A stretch of 63,470 bases of DNA, filler included, from Candidatus Omnitrophota bacterium (GCA_043812495.1; 7 parts of 5 records of this genome joined end to end with filler, not necessarily neighbours in it), one strand, 5' to 3'; counted from the first letter of the whole stretch, positions 19,591 through 29,092 are shown. A program made the numbers and translations. The notes: generated by a model not told the origin, from the sequence alone.

Positions 19591-19820
19591 AATCATAGCT
19601 GTCCAAATTAGCTTGGACACAGGTAAATACGTTCAGCCGTCGTAATTTGAGCCTAGGATTACCGTCGGATGTGAATCCATATGGCAATCTTATTGTTCAA
19701 AATATGCTCATGCTGTCCAAATTGCGATTTCATATCTCAAAAAGCTGAAAATTGTCGTAACCCCTTAATTATCAATAGAATTGAGAAGCTTAGACTGCGC
19801 TAATTTGGACACGTATGATT
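19591..19820. repeat. MITE-like segment with 22-bp imperfect terminal inverted repeats
   Basis: aatcatagctgtccaaattagc (19591-19612) vs gctaatttggacacgtatgatt (19799-19820), 20/22; extra internal gctgtccaaatt copy. Confidence 0.55.
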
Positions 19821-19889
19821 ATAAATAAATTCTAAAATCGAGATCACTCGCCTTGACAATATATTTTAAGAAGAGCTTGGGAATTTTTC

Positions 19890-19967
19890 AATAGGGAATA
19901 GGCTAAGATGAATGGAGAATGCTTGGCCGGCCCCGCCTTTGGGCGGGGCCGAGCCTTGGCAAATTTT
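19890..19967 (+). repeat. tRNA-upstream module, near-identical to 23533-23610
   Basis: aatagggaataggct.agatgaatggagaatg.ttggccggccccgcc-loop-ggcggggccgagcct.ggcaa. Confidence 0.85.
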
Positions 19968-19997
19968 CCCTAAATTAAGTAATTGGAAAATTTGACG

Positions 19998-20083
19998 GGA
20001 GAGGTGCGAGAGCGGTTGAATCGGGCGGTCTCGAAAACCGTTGTCCCTTCTGGGGATCCTGGGTTCGAATCCCAGCCTCTCCG
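19998..20083 (+). tRNA. tRNA-Ser(CGA), no encoded CCA
   Basis: GGAGAGG/CCTCTCC acceptor stem, CT-CGA-AA loop, variable arm, GTTCGAATC. Confidence 0.95.
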
Positions 20084-20231
20084 TTCTTCTTCGCTCCAAA
20101 ACTCCGCTTCGCTTCGTTTGGGAGCTTCGAAGAACAAGTTCTTTAATTATTTTGATTCGCGGGAGCGAAGAAGAACGGTATTCTCCGAAGCGTCCAAATG
20201 GAGTGAAGCGGAATTTTGACGCGTAGGAGAA
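20081..20231. mobile_element. tRNA 3'-end CGAAG element
   Basis: Perfect 17-bp IR 20081-20097 / 20162-20178, then a second hairpin unit at 20181-20231. Confidence 0.75.
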
Positions 20232-20243
20232 GCCGTTGGTGAT

Positions 20244-20290
20244 ATGTATGTCGTTTATATTCTACAAAGTTTGAAGGAGCCTGGCCATTG
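20244..20290 (+). pseudogene. N-terminal remnant of a GIY-YIG nuclease gene
   Basis: MYVVYILQSLKEPGH matches MYIVYILKSTKFPERH of 23820; the second (YVG) motif is absent. Confidence 0.65.
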
Positions 20291-20421
20291 CCTTATTTTT
20301 TTACTAAAGGAAGAATCTAAAAAAGGCAAGATTTTCCAGCCCTTCCAATTAATTTCTAAAATGTAGGAAATTTTCATAAAGTAAGCTATAATATTTTTGA
20401 ATATTTAATATTAATATAATT

Positions 20422-21852
20422 ATGAAAGTCCTTTCCTTTAAAGAAGCGTCTATCCTTAGAAAATTCACGATTTTTTTTATCCTGATGTCTATCCTTCCTT
20501 TGAGTGTCCTCTATTATGTCTATAGTCAAATGACTGAGAAAGGTATTGTAGAAATTACAAGCGATAATCTTAATTTTGTGCTTATCTTCATTGTCATTGG
20601 AGTGGCTCTGGGTTTTTGGGGAATGCGAGCGGTCATTCTCGATCTGATCAATATGACGAAATCGAGCTCAAGGAAAATCAAAGATATTTTAGGTAACGAC
20701 CAGATCAAAGAAGTTAACGAAAATGAAGACGAAATCGCCACGTTAACAGAATCCTTTAATGTGGTCATCGACCGCCTGAAAGAAAATATTAGGAATTTAG
20801 AGTTGGCCAAAAGAACCCTTCACTCTGTTTTAGCAAAAGTGGGAAACGGCATCGCTTCCATGGAAAACATTGATACGTTTTTGGATTTGATTCTGGAAAC
20901 ATTTGCCGAATCTCTCGGTTCTTCCAAGGCCATTTTGTTTTTAACCGATGACGAAGGAGCCCATCTGATTGTCCGGGCCATGCACGGCTCCTCGCAACCT
21001 TTAGACAGGAATATAAAAATAAGATTTGACCAAGGGAGTTTCAAGACTTTGGTCAAGGCAGAAAAACCGATGATCATAGAGAAAATAGAATGCGATGATT
21101 TGCCTGATCGCTTGAAAGAAAATTTGTTTGAAGAGCCTCTGTTATGCGCTCCCCTTGTTTTGCACGAGAAATTATTGGGCGCTATTGTGATCAGTAAAAA
21201 AGAAGACGGAAAACCATTCGTTAAGGACGAGTTAAATTTGCTGAATAATGTCGCTCTTCAAACAGCGGTGGCGATTGAGAATTCAAAGCTCAATCAGGAC
21301 GCCGAGAAAACATATTTTGAGACCATATCCGCTTTGGCTCTGGCTGTCGAGGCAAAAGATTTATATTCTCGCGGACACTTGGACCGCGTCAGTGATTATG
21401 CGGCCAAGATAGCGAAAAGACTCAATTTAAGCAATCATGATGTCGCGATTTTGCGTGATGCGGCGCGCCTGCATGATGTCGGTAAAATCGGCGTCTACGA
21501 TGATGTACTGAGAAAGCCCGGACGTTTAACTCCGGAAGAAAGGCAAATGATTTCCAAACATCCGGAAGTCGGCGAAAGCATCATCAAACCCATTCATTCC
21601 CTCAGGCCGTTATGTGATATCGTGCGTCATCACCACGAGCGGCTGGATGGAAGCGGTTATCCGGACGGTCTCAAAGGAGAAGAAATCAGTTTGTTGGCAC
21701 GCATTCTTATGGTCGCTGATATTTACGATGCCTTAACAACGGATCGTCCTTATCGTAGGGCCTTAGCGAATGAAGAAGCCAAGCAGATTCTTATGGATAT
21801 GAACGATAAAATTGATATGAATGTTGTCAAGACACTTTTTGAGGCCTTGTAA
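20422..21852 (+). CDS. Membrane-anchored HAMP-GAF-HD-GYP cyclic-dinucleotide phosphodiesterase
   Basis: 2 TM helices, DEI..L..SFN (HAMP), GAF, LHDVGKIG, HHERLDGSGYP. Confidence 0.92.
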   Translation: MKVLSFKEASILRKFTIFFILMSILPLSVLYYVYSQMTEKGIVEITSDNLNFVLIFIVIGVALGFWGMRAVILDLINMTKSSSRKIKDILGNDQIKEVNENEDEIATLTESFNVVIDRLKENIRNLELAKRTLHSVLAKVGNGIASMENIDTFLDLILETFAESLGSSKAILFLTDDEGAHLIVRAMHGSSQPLDRNIKIRFDQGSFKTLVKAEKPMIIEKIECDDLPDRLKENLFEEPLLCAPLVLHEKLLGAIVISKKEDGKPFVKDELNLLNNVALQTAVAIENSKLNQDAEKTYFETISALALAVEAKDLYSRGHLDRVSDYAAKIAKRLNLSNHDVAILRDAARLHDVGKIGVYDDVLRKPGRLTPEERQMISKHPEVGESIIKPIHSLRPLCDIVRHHHERLDGSGYPDGLKGEEISLLARILMVADIYDALTTDRPYRRALANEEAKQILMDMNDKIDMNVVKTLFEAL

Positions 21853-21901
21853 ATTTCTTACAAAAAATATTTCTACAGAAAAGCATGAAGGATGATTACT
21901 T

Positions 21902-22081
21902 ATGACCGCCATCGAAGCCCTTAAGCTGGCCCTATCGAAAGAAGAGGATGCCATTGGGATCTATAAGGAATTGGCTCAAAAGCATAAAGTCATTGAAGAT
22001 CTCTTAATGACCTTAGTGACCGAAGAGCAGAAGCATAAGATGATCATTGAGAAGAAGATCGTTGAGCTAACACGTTATTGA
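21902..22081 (+). CDS. 59-aa two-helix rubrerythrin/ferritin-like protein (not in ORF track)
   Basis: MTAIEALKLALSKEEDAIGIY...LVTEEQKH: E..A...Y and EE.KH motifs; AAGGA upstream. Confidence 0.7.
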   Translation: MTAIEALKLALSKEEDAIGIYKELAQKHKVIEDLLMTLVTEEQKHKMIIEKKIVELTRY

Positions 22082-22132
22082 AGAATTCGTTTTATTAAAG
22101 AAAGATAAGTTTGCTTGCGAAAGGAAAGATGT

Positions 22133-22636
22133 ATGAAAGAAATTAGTAATGAGAGACGAAAATATAGCCGCTATGATACGGAAGTCAAAGTCTATTTTCG
22201 GGTGACGTACGATATCAAGACGATTGTCAAATTTCAGATTATAGAAGAGGAAAAAGAGCAGGGTGATCAACGGAAATATTCCGCCATTAGCAAGAATGTC
22301 AGTGCCGAAGGAATTTGCTTCTGCTCAAATAAAAGATTGGAGAAGGGAGATATTTTGTATTTGGAGGTCTATCTTCCTGGCGCCAAGAATCCTATTCGCA
22401 TGAAAGGAGATGTTCGTTGGTCGAGAGTCTGCGGATCATCAACACCAAAAGAGAAGAAGTACGATACGGGAGTCCAATTAGTCATTGTGAACAAGCGTCC
22501 TGTTTCCAGATCTATCCACTTTGATGAAAAGAATAACATTGTCTGGAGCAATGTTTTAGAGTCTGTGTTTGGTAGTTTTCGGCGTTTTGTAAGGCAAAGC
22601 AAGAGTAAGGTGAAACAAAAATCGAAAGGTCGCTAG
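22133..22636 (+). CDS. PilZ-domain protein
   Basis: ERRKYSR (RxxxR) and NVSAEG. Confidence 0.85.
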   Translation: MKEISNERRKYSRYDTEVKVYFRVTYDIKTIVKFQIIEEEKEQGDQRKYSAISKNVSAEGICFCSNKRLEKGDILYLEVYLPGAKNPIRMKGDVRWSRVCGSSTPKEKKYDTGVQLVIVNKRPVSRSIHFDEKNNIVWSNVLESVFGSFRRFVRQSKSKVKQKSKGR

Positions 22637-23161
22637 ATGGCCTTGGTTGATATATTTCTGGCTTTTTTTCGAATTGGGCTTTTTGCGATCGGGGGCGCGT
22701 ATTCATTCTTGCCTTTGATTGAGAAAGAAGTGGTCGAGCGGTATCAGTGGCTTTCAAAGCAAGAATTTCTGGATGTGTTGGGTATCGTAAAGATCTTTCC
22801 CGGAGCCATCTCTATTAAATTCGCAACATACACCGGCTATAAAATTGCCGGTTTTCCGGGTGCCGTTGTCGCTAATATTGCCAATCTCTTGTCGCCGGCG
22901 CTATTGATATTTATCGCGACCTATTTCTACCAACAGCATAAAGATCTTCCTGCTGTCAAAAATGCATTTGCGACGATTCAACTGGTGGTTTTTGCCATGA
23001 TCATCGCCGTGGCTTTTCAAATGATCGATGTTGGGAGATTAGTCAACTTCAAAAGTCTTCTGGTTATCTTGGCGGCATTTGTTCTTTTTCTTTACACAAA
23101 GCTCCATCCGGCGCTGATCATTATTGGCGCAGGATTTCTCGGTATGCTTGTCTTCAAATAG
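22637..23161 (+). CDS. chrA: Short-chain chromate transporter
   Basis: FFRIGLFAIGG, W....EF, PGAIS..ATY.GYK.AG. Confidence 0.88.
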   Translation: MALVDIFLAFFRIGLFAIGGAYSFLPLIEKEVVERYQWLSKQEFLDVLGIVKIFPGAISIKFATYTGYKIAGFPGAVVANIANLLSPALLIFIATYFYQQHKDLPAVKNAFATIQLVVFAMIIAVAFQMIDVGRLVNFKSLLVILAAFVLFLYTKLHPALIIIGAGFLGMLVFK

Positions 23162-23186
23162 AGTAATCAATAAAAGGAGGTGGGAT

Positions 23187-23465
23187 ATGGTAGATGTAAT
23201 CGGCATCACGATTTCCATGAAGACATTCTTTCATATCATGACATCTTTCGCGTTCTTTGTTGGCATTACCCTCATGATATCGCCCGAGGCCTTTGAATCG
23301 CTTAACCGTGCTTTGCAAAAGGAATATGGATTAAAGAGAAAAATTGTTCCGCAATTGGAAGATAAAAAGATCGAAGTGGTTGATCAGTTTATTATGAAAA
23401 ATCGCACTGTAGCCGGTTTAGTGATTACAGCTGCTTCATTTATATTGCTTTTGTTAAATCCATAA
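23187..23465 (+). CDS. Hypothetical 2-TM protein
   Basis: Strong AAGGAGGT RBS and two hydrophobic segments. Confidence 0.6.
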   Translation: MVDVIGITISMKTFFHIMTSFAFFVGITLMISPEAFESLNRALQKEYGLKRKIVPQLEDKKIEVVDQFIMKNRTVAGLVITAASFILLLLNP

Positions 23466-23645
23466 AATAACATAAGCGGGAATAACCTTGGATGTCCCTG
23501 CCTTGGGCGGGGCCGAGTCTCGGCAAATTTTTAATAGGGAATAGGCTTAGATGAATGGAGAATGTTTGGCCGGCCCCGCCCAAAGGCGGGGCCGAGCCTC
23601 GGCAATTTTTCAAGAAATATTTTAAGGCATGAGAGAAAAATTGCC

Positions 23646-23734
23646 GGAGAGGTGGCTGAGCGGTTGAAAGCGCACGCTTGGAGAGCGTGTGGCGGCCGAA
23701 AGGTTGCTCGAGAGTTCGAATCTCTCCCTCTCCG
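23646..23734 (+). tRNA. tRNA-Ser(GGA), no encoded CCA
   Basis: GGAGAGG/CCTCTCC acceptor stem, CACGC-TT-GGA-GA-GCGTG arm, variable arm, GTTCGAATC. Confidence 0.95.
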
Positions 23735-24132
23735 TTCTACTTCGCCTTTCAACAATGAAAAATATGGTAAAGGCTTCGTAGAACGAGTTATGAGAATTTA
23801 AAGACAATAGGCGTTTTATATGTATATTGTTTATATTCTCAAAAGCACAAAGTTTCCTGAACGACATTATGTTGGTATAACGCAAGATTTAGCAAGAAGG
23901 CTCAAGGAGCATAATAGCGGCGATATCGAGTATAGCAGTCGATATGCCCCGTGGGACGTTGAAACATTTGTTACCTTTCGCAATAAACGACTTGCTTGCG
24001 ACTTTGAAAAATATCTTAAGGCCGGCTCGGGACATGCTTTCCTGAAGAGGCGATTATTTAGCGAAAAGGCGAAGTAGAACGTTCTGCGAAGCGCGTACCA
24101 TCATTTAAATATTAAAGCGCGAAGCAGAACGC
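23733..24132 (+). mobile_element. tRNA 3'-end CGAAG element carrying a GIY-YIG gene
   Basis: Perfect 17-bp IR 23733-23749 / 24065-24081 brackets the gene; hairpin unit at 24082-24132. Confidence 0.8.
23820..24077 (+). CDS. Small GIY-YIG nuclease (YhbQ/UPF0213-like)
   Basis: VYIL...HYVGIT.DL.RRL.EHN.G, A..FEKYLK.GSG. Confidence 0.9.
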   Translation: MYIVYILKSTKFPERHYVGITQDLARRLKEHNSGDIEYSSRYAPWDVETFVTFRNKRLACDFEKYLKAGSGHAFLKRRLFSEKAK

Positions 24133-24184
24133 CGTTATTAACAATCGAGAAAACCTCTTGACGTAACAATAAGGTAAGAAAGCT

Positions 24185-24721
24185 TTGGACATACAAAAAT
24201 CCTGGGAAAAGGCCCTGAAGAATACGGAAATCGTACGCGCCAGAGTCAAGTCACTATCGACTTTCTCTGACACGCAAGTTCCTTATGTGCTTCTCTCGGA
24301 ATCGGAGATTAATACAGGGGACACGGTCGTCAGAAAAGGATCGATTACCGTCACGAAACCTTCGATCATGCTGCCTCCGCATATTCCGCAATTTGAAGGA
24401 TTCGAACTTGAAAATATCGGACGCTTCAACGAAGAAACCATCATGAATTTCCTTTTAGTCAGAGGCATCACGTTACCCTCGCTCAAGTACCAAAATCAGA
24501 CCTACTCGCTGGATCTTTATGAGGGCACGCTGAAAAAAGCCATTGAATTTCACAATGACCTATTGCAAAAGAAAGAAGACGTGCACACGGGCTTGGTAGT
24601 CGGTCCCGATGATTGCTGGCCGTTTTCGATGTTGATATTCATTTGCGCGCAGGCGGCGCGTAGCGCATCTTCAGATATCCAGAAATTGCTTGATGAGTAT
24701 AAGAAAAAAGAAGGCGAATGA
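24185..24721 (+). CDS. Hypothetical soluble protein
   Basis: 178-aa ORF with ATGA overlap into the M16 peptidase gene. Confidence 0.65.
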   Translation: MDIQKSWEKALKNTEIVRARVKSLSTFSDTQVPYVLLSESEINTGDTVVRKGSITVTKPSIMLPPHIPQFEGFELENIGRFNEETIMNFLLVRGITLPSLKYQNQTYSLDLYEGTLKKAIEFHNDLLQKKEDVHTGLVVGPDDCWPFSMLIFICAQAARSASSDIQKLLDEYKKKEGE

Positions 24722-27318
24722 CTAATCCCATGACAAAAAGAATTCGAACAGGTCTTATTTTTGCTTTGCTGATCTTCGGCCCTTGTATTGTTTTTGCTCA
24801 AGGTGAATCGAGAAAGGTTGTCCTAGATAATGGAATGGTCGTCCTCATCGGAGAATTGCCGGAAAGCCCGGTTGCGGCGATCGATATGCTCATCAAAACA
24901 GGGGCCGCGACGGAAGGCCGGTATTTGGGCTGCGGGATATCGCATTTTCTTGAACACATGTTTTTTAAAGGAACCGAGCACAAGGCCGTTGGCGAAATCG
25001 CAGATAGCGTGCGGGCCTTAGGCGGAATTATCAATGCGGCCACAGGACTTGATTATACGACCTATACTCTGGAATTGCCGTCGGATCAACTCAAGAAAGG
25101 TCTGGCCATTTTAGCGGATATGATGATGCATCCCCGTTTTGATGCGGCGGAAGTGGAAAAAGAGAGACAAGTCATCTTAAAGGAAATGAAACTGCACAAG
25201 GATAATCCGAACAGAGAATTTAGCCAACTGATCTACGCGAGTGTTTATACAAAGCATCCTTATCGGCATCCGGTGATCGGTTATGAGCCTTTGTTTCAGG
25301 CGATTTCAAGGGAAGATCTCGTGAACTACTATCAAGATCGATACGCGCCCAACAATATGATCCTTTCCATTGCCGGAGGCATTGATGCCGAAGACACGCA
25401 TCGTGCCGCAAAGGAAGCATTTGCTGATTTTCAACCGAGACCTTATCAGACGCGTAATCTTCCGGAAGAACCTCCACAGATCGCGCCGCGTCTAACCGAT
25501 CAAGAGTATCCCACAGAATTAACTCGCTTAGCGATCGTCTATCCAAGCGTGAGTTTCTCAAATCCTGATATGGTTGCTTTGGATATTCTGGCCATGATTC
25601 TTGGTCAGGGAGCAAGCTCGCGGCTTTATGTTGATTTATTCAAAGAGAAAGGGCTCGTTTATTCGATTTTCGCATATAACTATACACCGAACGATAAAGG
25701 TCTTTTTGGCATTGAATGCGTGCTGGATGAAGATTTTCTAGACGCCTCTCAAAAGGCCATTTTGCGGCAAATCCAGGATATCAAACAAAAAGGTGTTACG
25801 GACGAAGAGCTCAAGAAAGCCAAGAATCAAGTCCTAAGCCGGTTTTATTTTGATCAAGAAGCGGCAGCGGGTGTGGCCTATAGATCGGCATTAGATGAAG
25901 CCATCATGGGAGATTATCAATTTGATGAGAAGTATGTCCAAGCCATTAAGCAAGTCACCAAAGAAGAAGTGAGGCGTGTTGCCAAAGAATACTTATCGGC
26001 TGACCGGCAGAATATCATCATTTTGCGACCTTTGAGTAAGCCTGAAGAAATTAAGGAAGAAAGTGTTCATTTACCCCAAGCGGAGATTATCAAAGAAACC
26101 TTCCCTAACGGAATGACCGTGCTATTGCGGGAAGATCATGCGCATCCTTTAGTCGCTGTTCATTTGGTTTTGCAGGGGGGTTTACGCCAGGAAAATCAAT
26201 CCACGAACGGTCTTTCTCATCTTATGAGCGGAGCCTGGACGAAAGGAACGAAGAAATATTCGAGCCAAGACATTGACCGAATGACGGAATCGATCGGTGC
26301 CGATTTAGATAGTTTTTCGGGACGAAATAGCTTCGGACTTTCGTTCAGTGGCTTATCCAAAGATTGTGATTTCGGTCTTTCTCTCATTGAAGATATCGTC
26401 AAGAATGCGACATTTTCTGATGAGGAGATTCTCAAAGAAAAGGAAAAGGTCAAAAGCGCGCTTCTTGCAAAGAAAGACAGCGTCTTTCAGCAGACATACG
26501 GTGAACTCAAGAAAACATTATTCTTAACGCATCCCTATGGCTTAGATGAGCTCGGGACCATGGAATCCGTTGGGGGTTTAAAACGCGAAGACATCCTTGT
26601 TTTTTATAAAAAACTCGCTGTTGCTAACAATATGGTGCTATCTGTTTTTGGTGATTTCAAAAAGGACAATGTTTTGCCAATGATTCAAAAGAGGTTCGCA
26701 GCGCTTCGGGAAGACACCATTGATCTCGCAGTAGAAAAGGAGACACCTCCGGATTCCGCAAGAGAAAAATCCATCACCATGAACAAAGAACAGGCCATGG
26801 TCATGATCGGATTTCAAGCCCCGGATATCCTAAACAAAGATCGTTATCCGACGGAAGTTCTATCATCGATCTTAGGATCTTCGATGAGCGGACGCATGTT
26901 CTATGAGATACGCGATGAATTCGGACAGGCCTACACGTTAGGCGGAAGCTATGCTCCCGGAATTGATATCGGTATGGTTTTCTTCTATGTGGCCACCACC
27001 AATGAATATGTGGACAAAACCAAGGAAATTTTGATTGGCCTGATCAAGGACATTCAAGCTCAAGAAGTGACGGATGAGGAGCTTAGCGCCACAAAAACAT
27101 ACCTTCGAGGAACACATAAAATGAGTCTTGAAACCAACGCCGAGTTATCTTTCGAGAGCAGTTTGGACGAACTCTACGGGCTAGGTTTTGATTACTTTGA
27201 ACACTATGATGAGAGTATCGACAACGTCACAAAGGCGGATATCCAACGCATCGCTCAAACGTATCTTGACCCAAGAAAGATGGTCGTTGTCGTGAATCGT
27301 TCGAAAGAAGCCAAATAG
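24718..27318 (+). CDS. Secreted M16 zinc peptidase (fused active and inactive halves)
   Basis: Signal peptide, SHFLEHMFFKGT (HxxEH); the second half lacks the motif. Confidence 0.93.
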   Translation: MTNPMTKRIRTGLIFALLIFGPCIVFAQGESRKVVLDNGMVVLIGELPESPVAAIDMLIKTGAATEGRYLGCGISHFLEHMFFKGTEHKAVGEIADSVRALGGIINAATGLDYTTYTLELPSDQLKKGLAILADMMMHPRFDAAEVEKERQVILKEMKLHKDNPNREFSQLIYASVYTKHPYRHPVIGYEPLFQAISREDLVNYYQDRYAPNNMILSIAGGIDAEDTHRAAKEAFADFQPRPYQTRNLPEEPPQIAPRLTDQEYPTELTRLAIVYPSVSFSNPDMVALDILAMILGQGASSRLYVDLFKEKGLVYSIFAYNYTPNDKGLFGIECVLDEDFLDASQKAILRQIQDIKQKGVTDEELKKAKNQVLSRFYFDQEAAAGVAYRSALDEAIMGDYQFDEKYVQAIKQVTKEEVRRVAKEYLSADRQNIIILRPLSKPEEIKEESVHLPQAEIIKETFPNGMTVLLREDHAHPLVAVHLVLQGGLRQENQSTNGLSHLMSGAWTKGTKKYSSQDIDRMTESIGADLDSFSGRNSFGLSFSGLSKDCDFGLSLIEDIVKNATFSDEEILKEKEKVKSALLAKKDSVFQQTYGELKKTLFLTHPYGLDELGTMESVGGLKREDILVFYKKLAVANNMVLSVFGDFKKDNVLPMIQKRFAALREDTIDLAVEKETPPDSAREKSITMNKEQAMVMIGFQAPDILNKDRYPTEVLSSILGSSMSGRMFYEIRDEFGQAYTLGGSYAPGIDIGMVFFYVATTNEYVDKTKEILIGLIKDIQAQEVTDEELSATKTYLRGTHKMSLETNAELSFESSLDELYGLGFDYFEHYDESIDNVTKADIQRIAQTYLDPRKMVVVVNRSKEAK

Positions 27319-27423
27319 CCAGAAATCGGTTAAGGATGAGTGCTATTAAATATTTACAATGCGTTAAAAGAATGTTAAATTAGAATAAAATTTTAACGAC
27401 AAGAACCAGAGAAATAATCATGG

Positions 27424-28803
27424 ATGAAGGATGTCAAAATGAAAAAGCCAGAACTGATTGATTTAGAAACGTTGGTGGTTGAGAAACTTTGGGGACGCAT
27501 TTCCTTGCTTCAATCTCAGCAGGAAAAAGAGGACGCGATTATTTCCATTATCAATGAGGCGCAAGGAACGGATCACAAAGAAATGGTTGAGAAGGATCTG
27601 AAGAATATTAAAGATGATCAGACCAAGGTCGAATTTGTCAAAGAATTCTTATCCTATGGCCTTATTGAGGAATTGCTCTGTGATTCCCAAGTCGAAGATA
27701 TTATTATCAATTCGCTCAAAGAAATATATGTTCATCATGCGACTCAAGGGCTTATTCCGACCGGAAGACGATTCGCGAGTCAGAAAGAATTAGATTTATT
27801 CGTCAAGAAGCTGCTTTTATTCTCAGGCCGCCATCATTTTGATCGCATCATTAATTTGGAATTACCTAATCTGGAAGGGCGCGTCAACATTGTAACCTCC
27901 GCCTTCGGCCCTCAGATTACGATTACCAAAGCTAAAGTCGACCCGTTGAGCATCATTGATTTAATTAAAAAGGATAGTATGACGTTCAAAGTGGCGGCTC
28001 AATTATGGCTCTATGTCGAAGGCATGTCCGTGAAGCCGGCCAGTTTGATTATTGCCGGTGGTCCGGGGACAGGAAAGACAACATTGCTTAATGCGTTATT
28101 TAGTTTTGTCCCAGAAAACGAGCGAATGGTGATTATTGAGGATACGCTTGAGCTCAATACATTCTTGGAAGAAAGCTGTTCGCGGCTTGAGAGTGACGAG
28201 GAAATATCCCTGGCCCAGCTTGTCAAGAACAGCTTGCGCATGAGGCCGGATCGCATTGTCGTCGGTGAGGTTCGCGGTATCGAAGCCAGAGACATGATTA
28301 CGGCGGTCAATGTCGGAAAAAATTGCATGGGCACCATTCACGCCGCAACGAGCCGTGAAGCGATCCTTCGCCTTCAGAATGAACCGATGAATGTTCCGGA
28401 AATTCTCGTAAATCTTGTTGATGTCTTTGTCATCATGAAAAGATTCCATGTTCATGACAAAGTTTATCGCGTGGTGGATGAAGTCAGCGAAACAGGAGGC
28501 ATGGAGCAGAAAACAGTTCTTTTGTCTCAGTTATTCAAATATGATTATGAGAAAAAATCAATTAAGTCTGTTTCGCCGAGCACTATTTATCGAGATCGCT
28601 TAGCCAGGGCTACGGGACTTTCGGCACGAGATATTATTGACGAAGTGGATATTCGTGCAGTTGTTCTTGAAACATTGGCCAAAAAGAATGTCCACACGAT
28701 GACAGAATTAACGGTGTTTTGCCGTCAGTATGCGAAAAATCCCGGTCGAGCTTTGGAGAGTCTTGGACTTGACCGCGAACGTTTGATTCATAGTCGAAGA
28801 TAA
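27424..28803 (+). CDS. CpaF/TadA/VirB11-family secretion ATPase
   Basis: GGPGTGKTT, IEDTLEL, LRMRPDRIVVGEVRG, MGTIHA. Confidence 0.92.
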   Translation: MKDVKMKKPELIDLETLVVEKLWGRISLLQSQQEKEDAIISIINEAQGTDHKEMVEKDLKNIKDDQTKVEFVKEFLSYGLIEELLCDSQVEDIIINSLKEIYVHHATQGLIPTGRRFASQKELDLFVKKLLLFSGRHHFDRIINLELPNLEGRVNIVTSAFGPQITITKAKVDPLSIIDLIKKDSMTFKVAAQLWLYVEGMSVKPASLIIAGGPGTGKTTLLNALFSFVPENERMVIIEDTLELNTFLEESCSRLESDEEISLAQLVKNSLRMRPDRIVVGEVRGIEARDMITAVNVGKNCMGTIHAATSREAILRLQNEPMNVPEILVNLVDVFVIMKRFHVHDKVYRVVDEVSETGGMEQKTVLLSQLFKYDYEKKSIKSVSPSTIYRDRLARATGLSARDIIDEVDIRAVVLETLAKKNVHTMTELTVFCRQYAKNPGRALESLGLDRERLIHSRR

Positions 28804-28865
28804 AGGAAGTCAAAGTCTTTTAAGTACTGCGCCTGCCCCGACGTTTTCTAAAATACAGGACTTTG

Positions 28866-28991
28866 TTAATTTTTGAGCCGTTCTTTAAACCTTTGTGATT
28901 TAATCTTGAGGATTTCAGCCGCTTTAGGGTTCTTTGATAACAAGCAAGTAGAGTCGATGATGATAAGAGACGCGACAGCTTCTTTACATTG
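28866..28991 (-). CDS. Probable 3' end of a gene cut by the gap
   Basis: Open frame QCKEAVASLIIID...KERLKN* from the contig edge. Confidence 0.35.
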   Translation of the reverse strand, partial: QCKEAVASLIIIDSTCLLSKNPKAAEILKIKSQRFKERLKN

Positions 28992-29092
28992 TNNNNNNNN
29001 NNNNNNNNNNNNNNNNNNNNNNNNNNNNNNNNNNNNTTAATTAATTAANNNNNNNNNNNNNNNNNNNNNNNNNNNNNNNNNNNNNNNNNNNN

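Noticed and set aside
23646..24132. Prophage or genomic-island attachment site at the tRNA genes
   Set aside because: No integrase and no direct repeat of a tRNA 3' end; the repeats here are inverted.
13400..24140. Possible CRISPR array among the repeated hairpins
   Set aside because: No regularly spaced direct repeats with unique spacers, and no cas genes.
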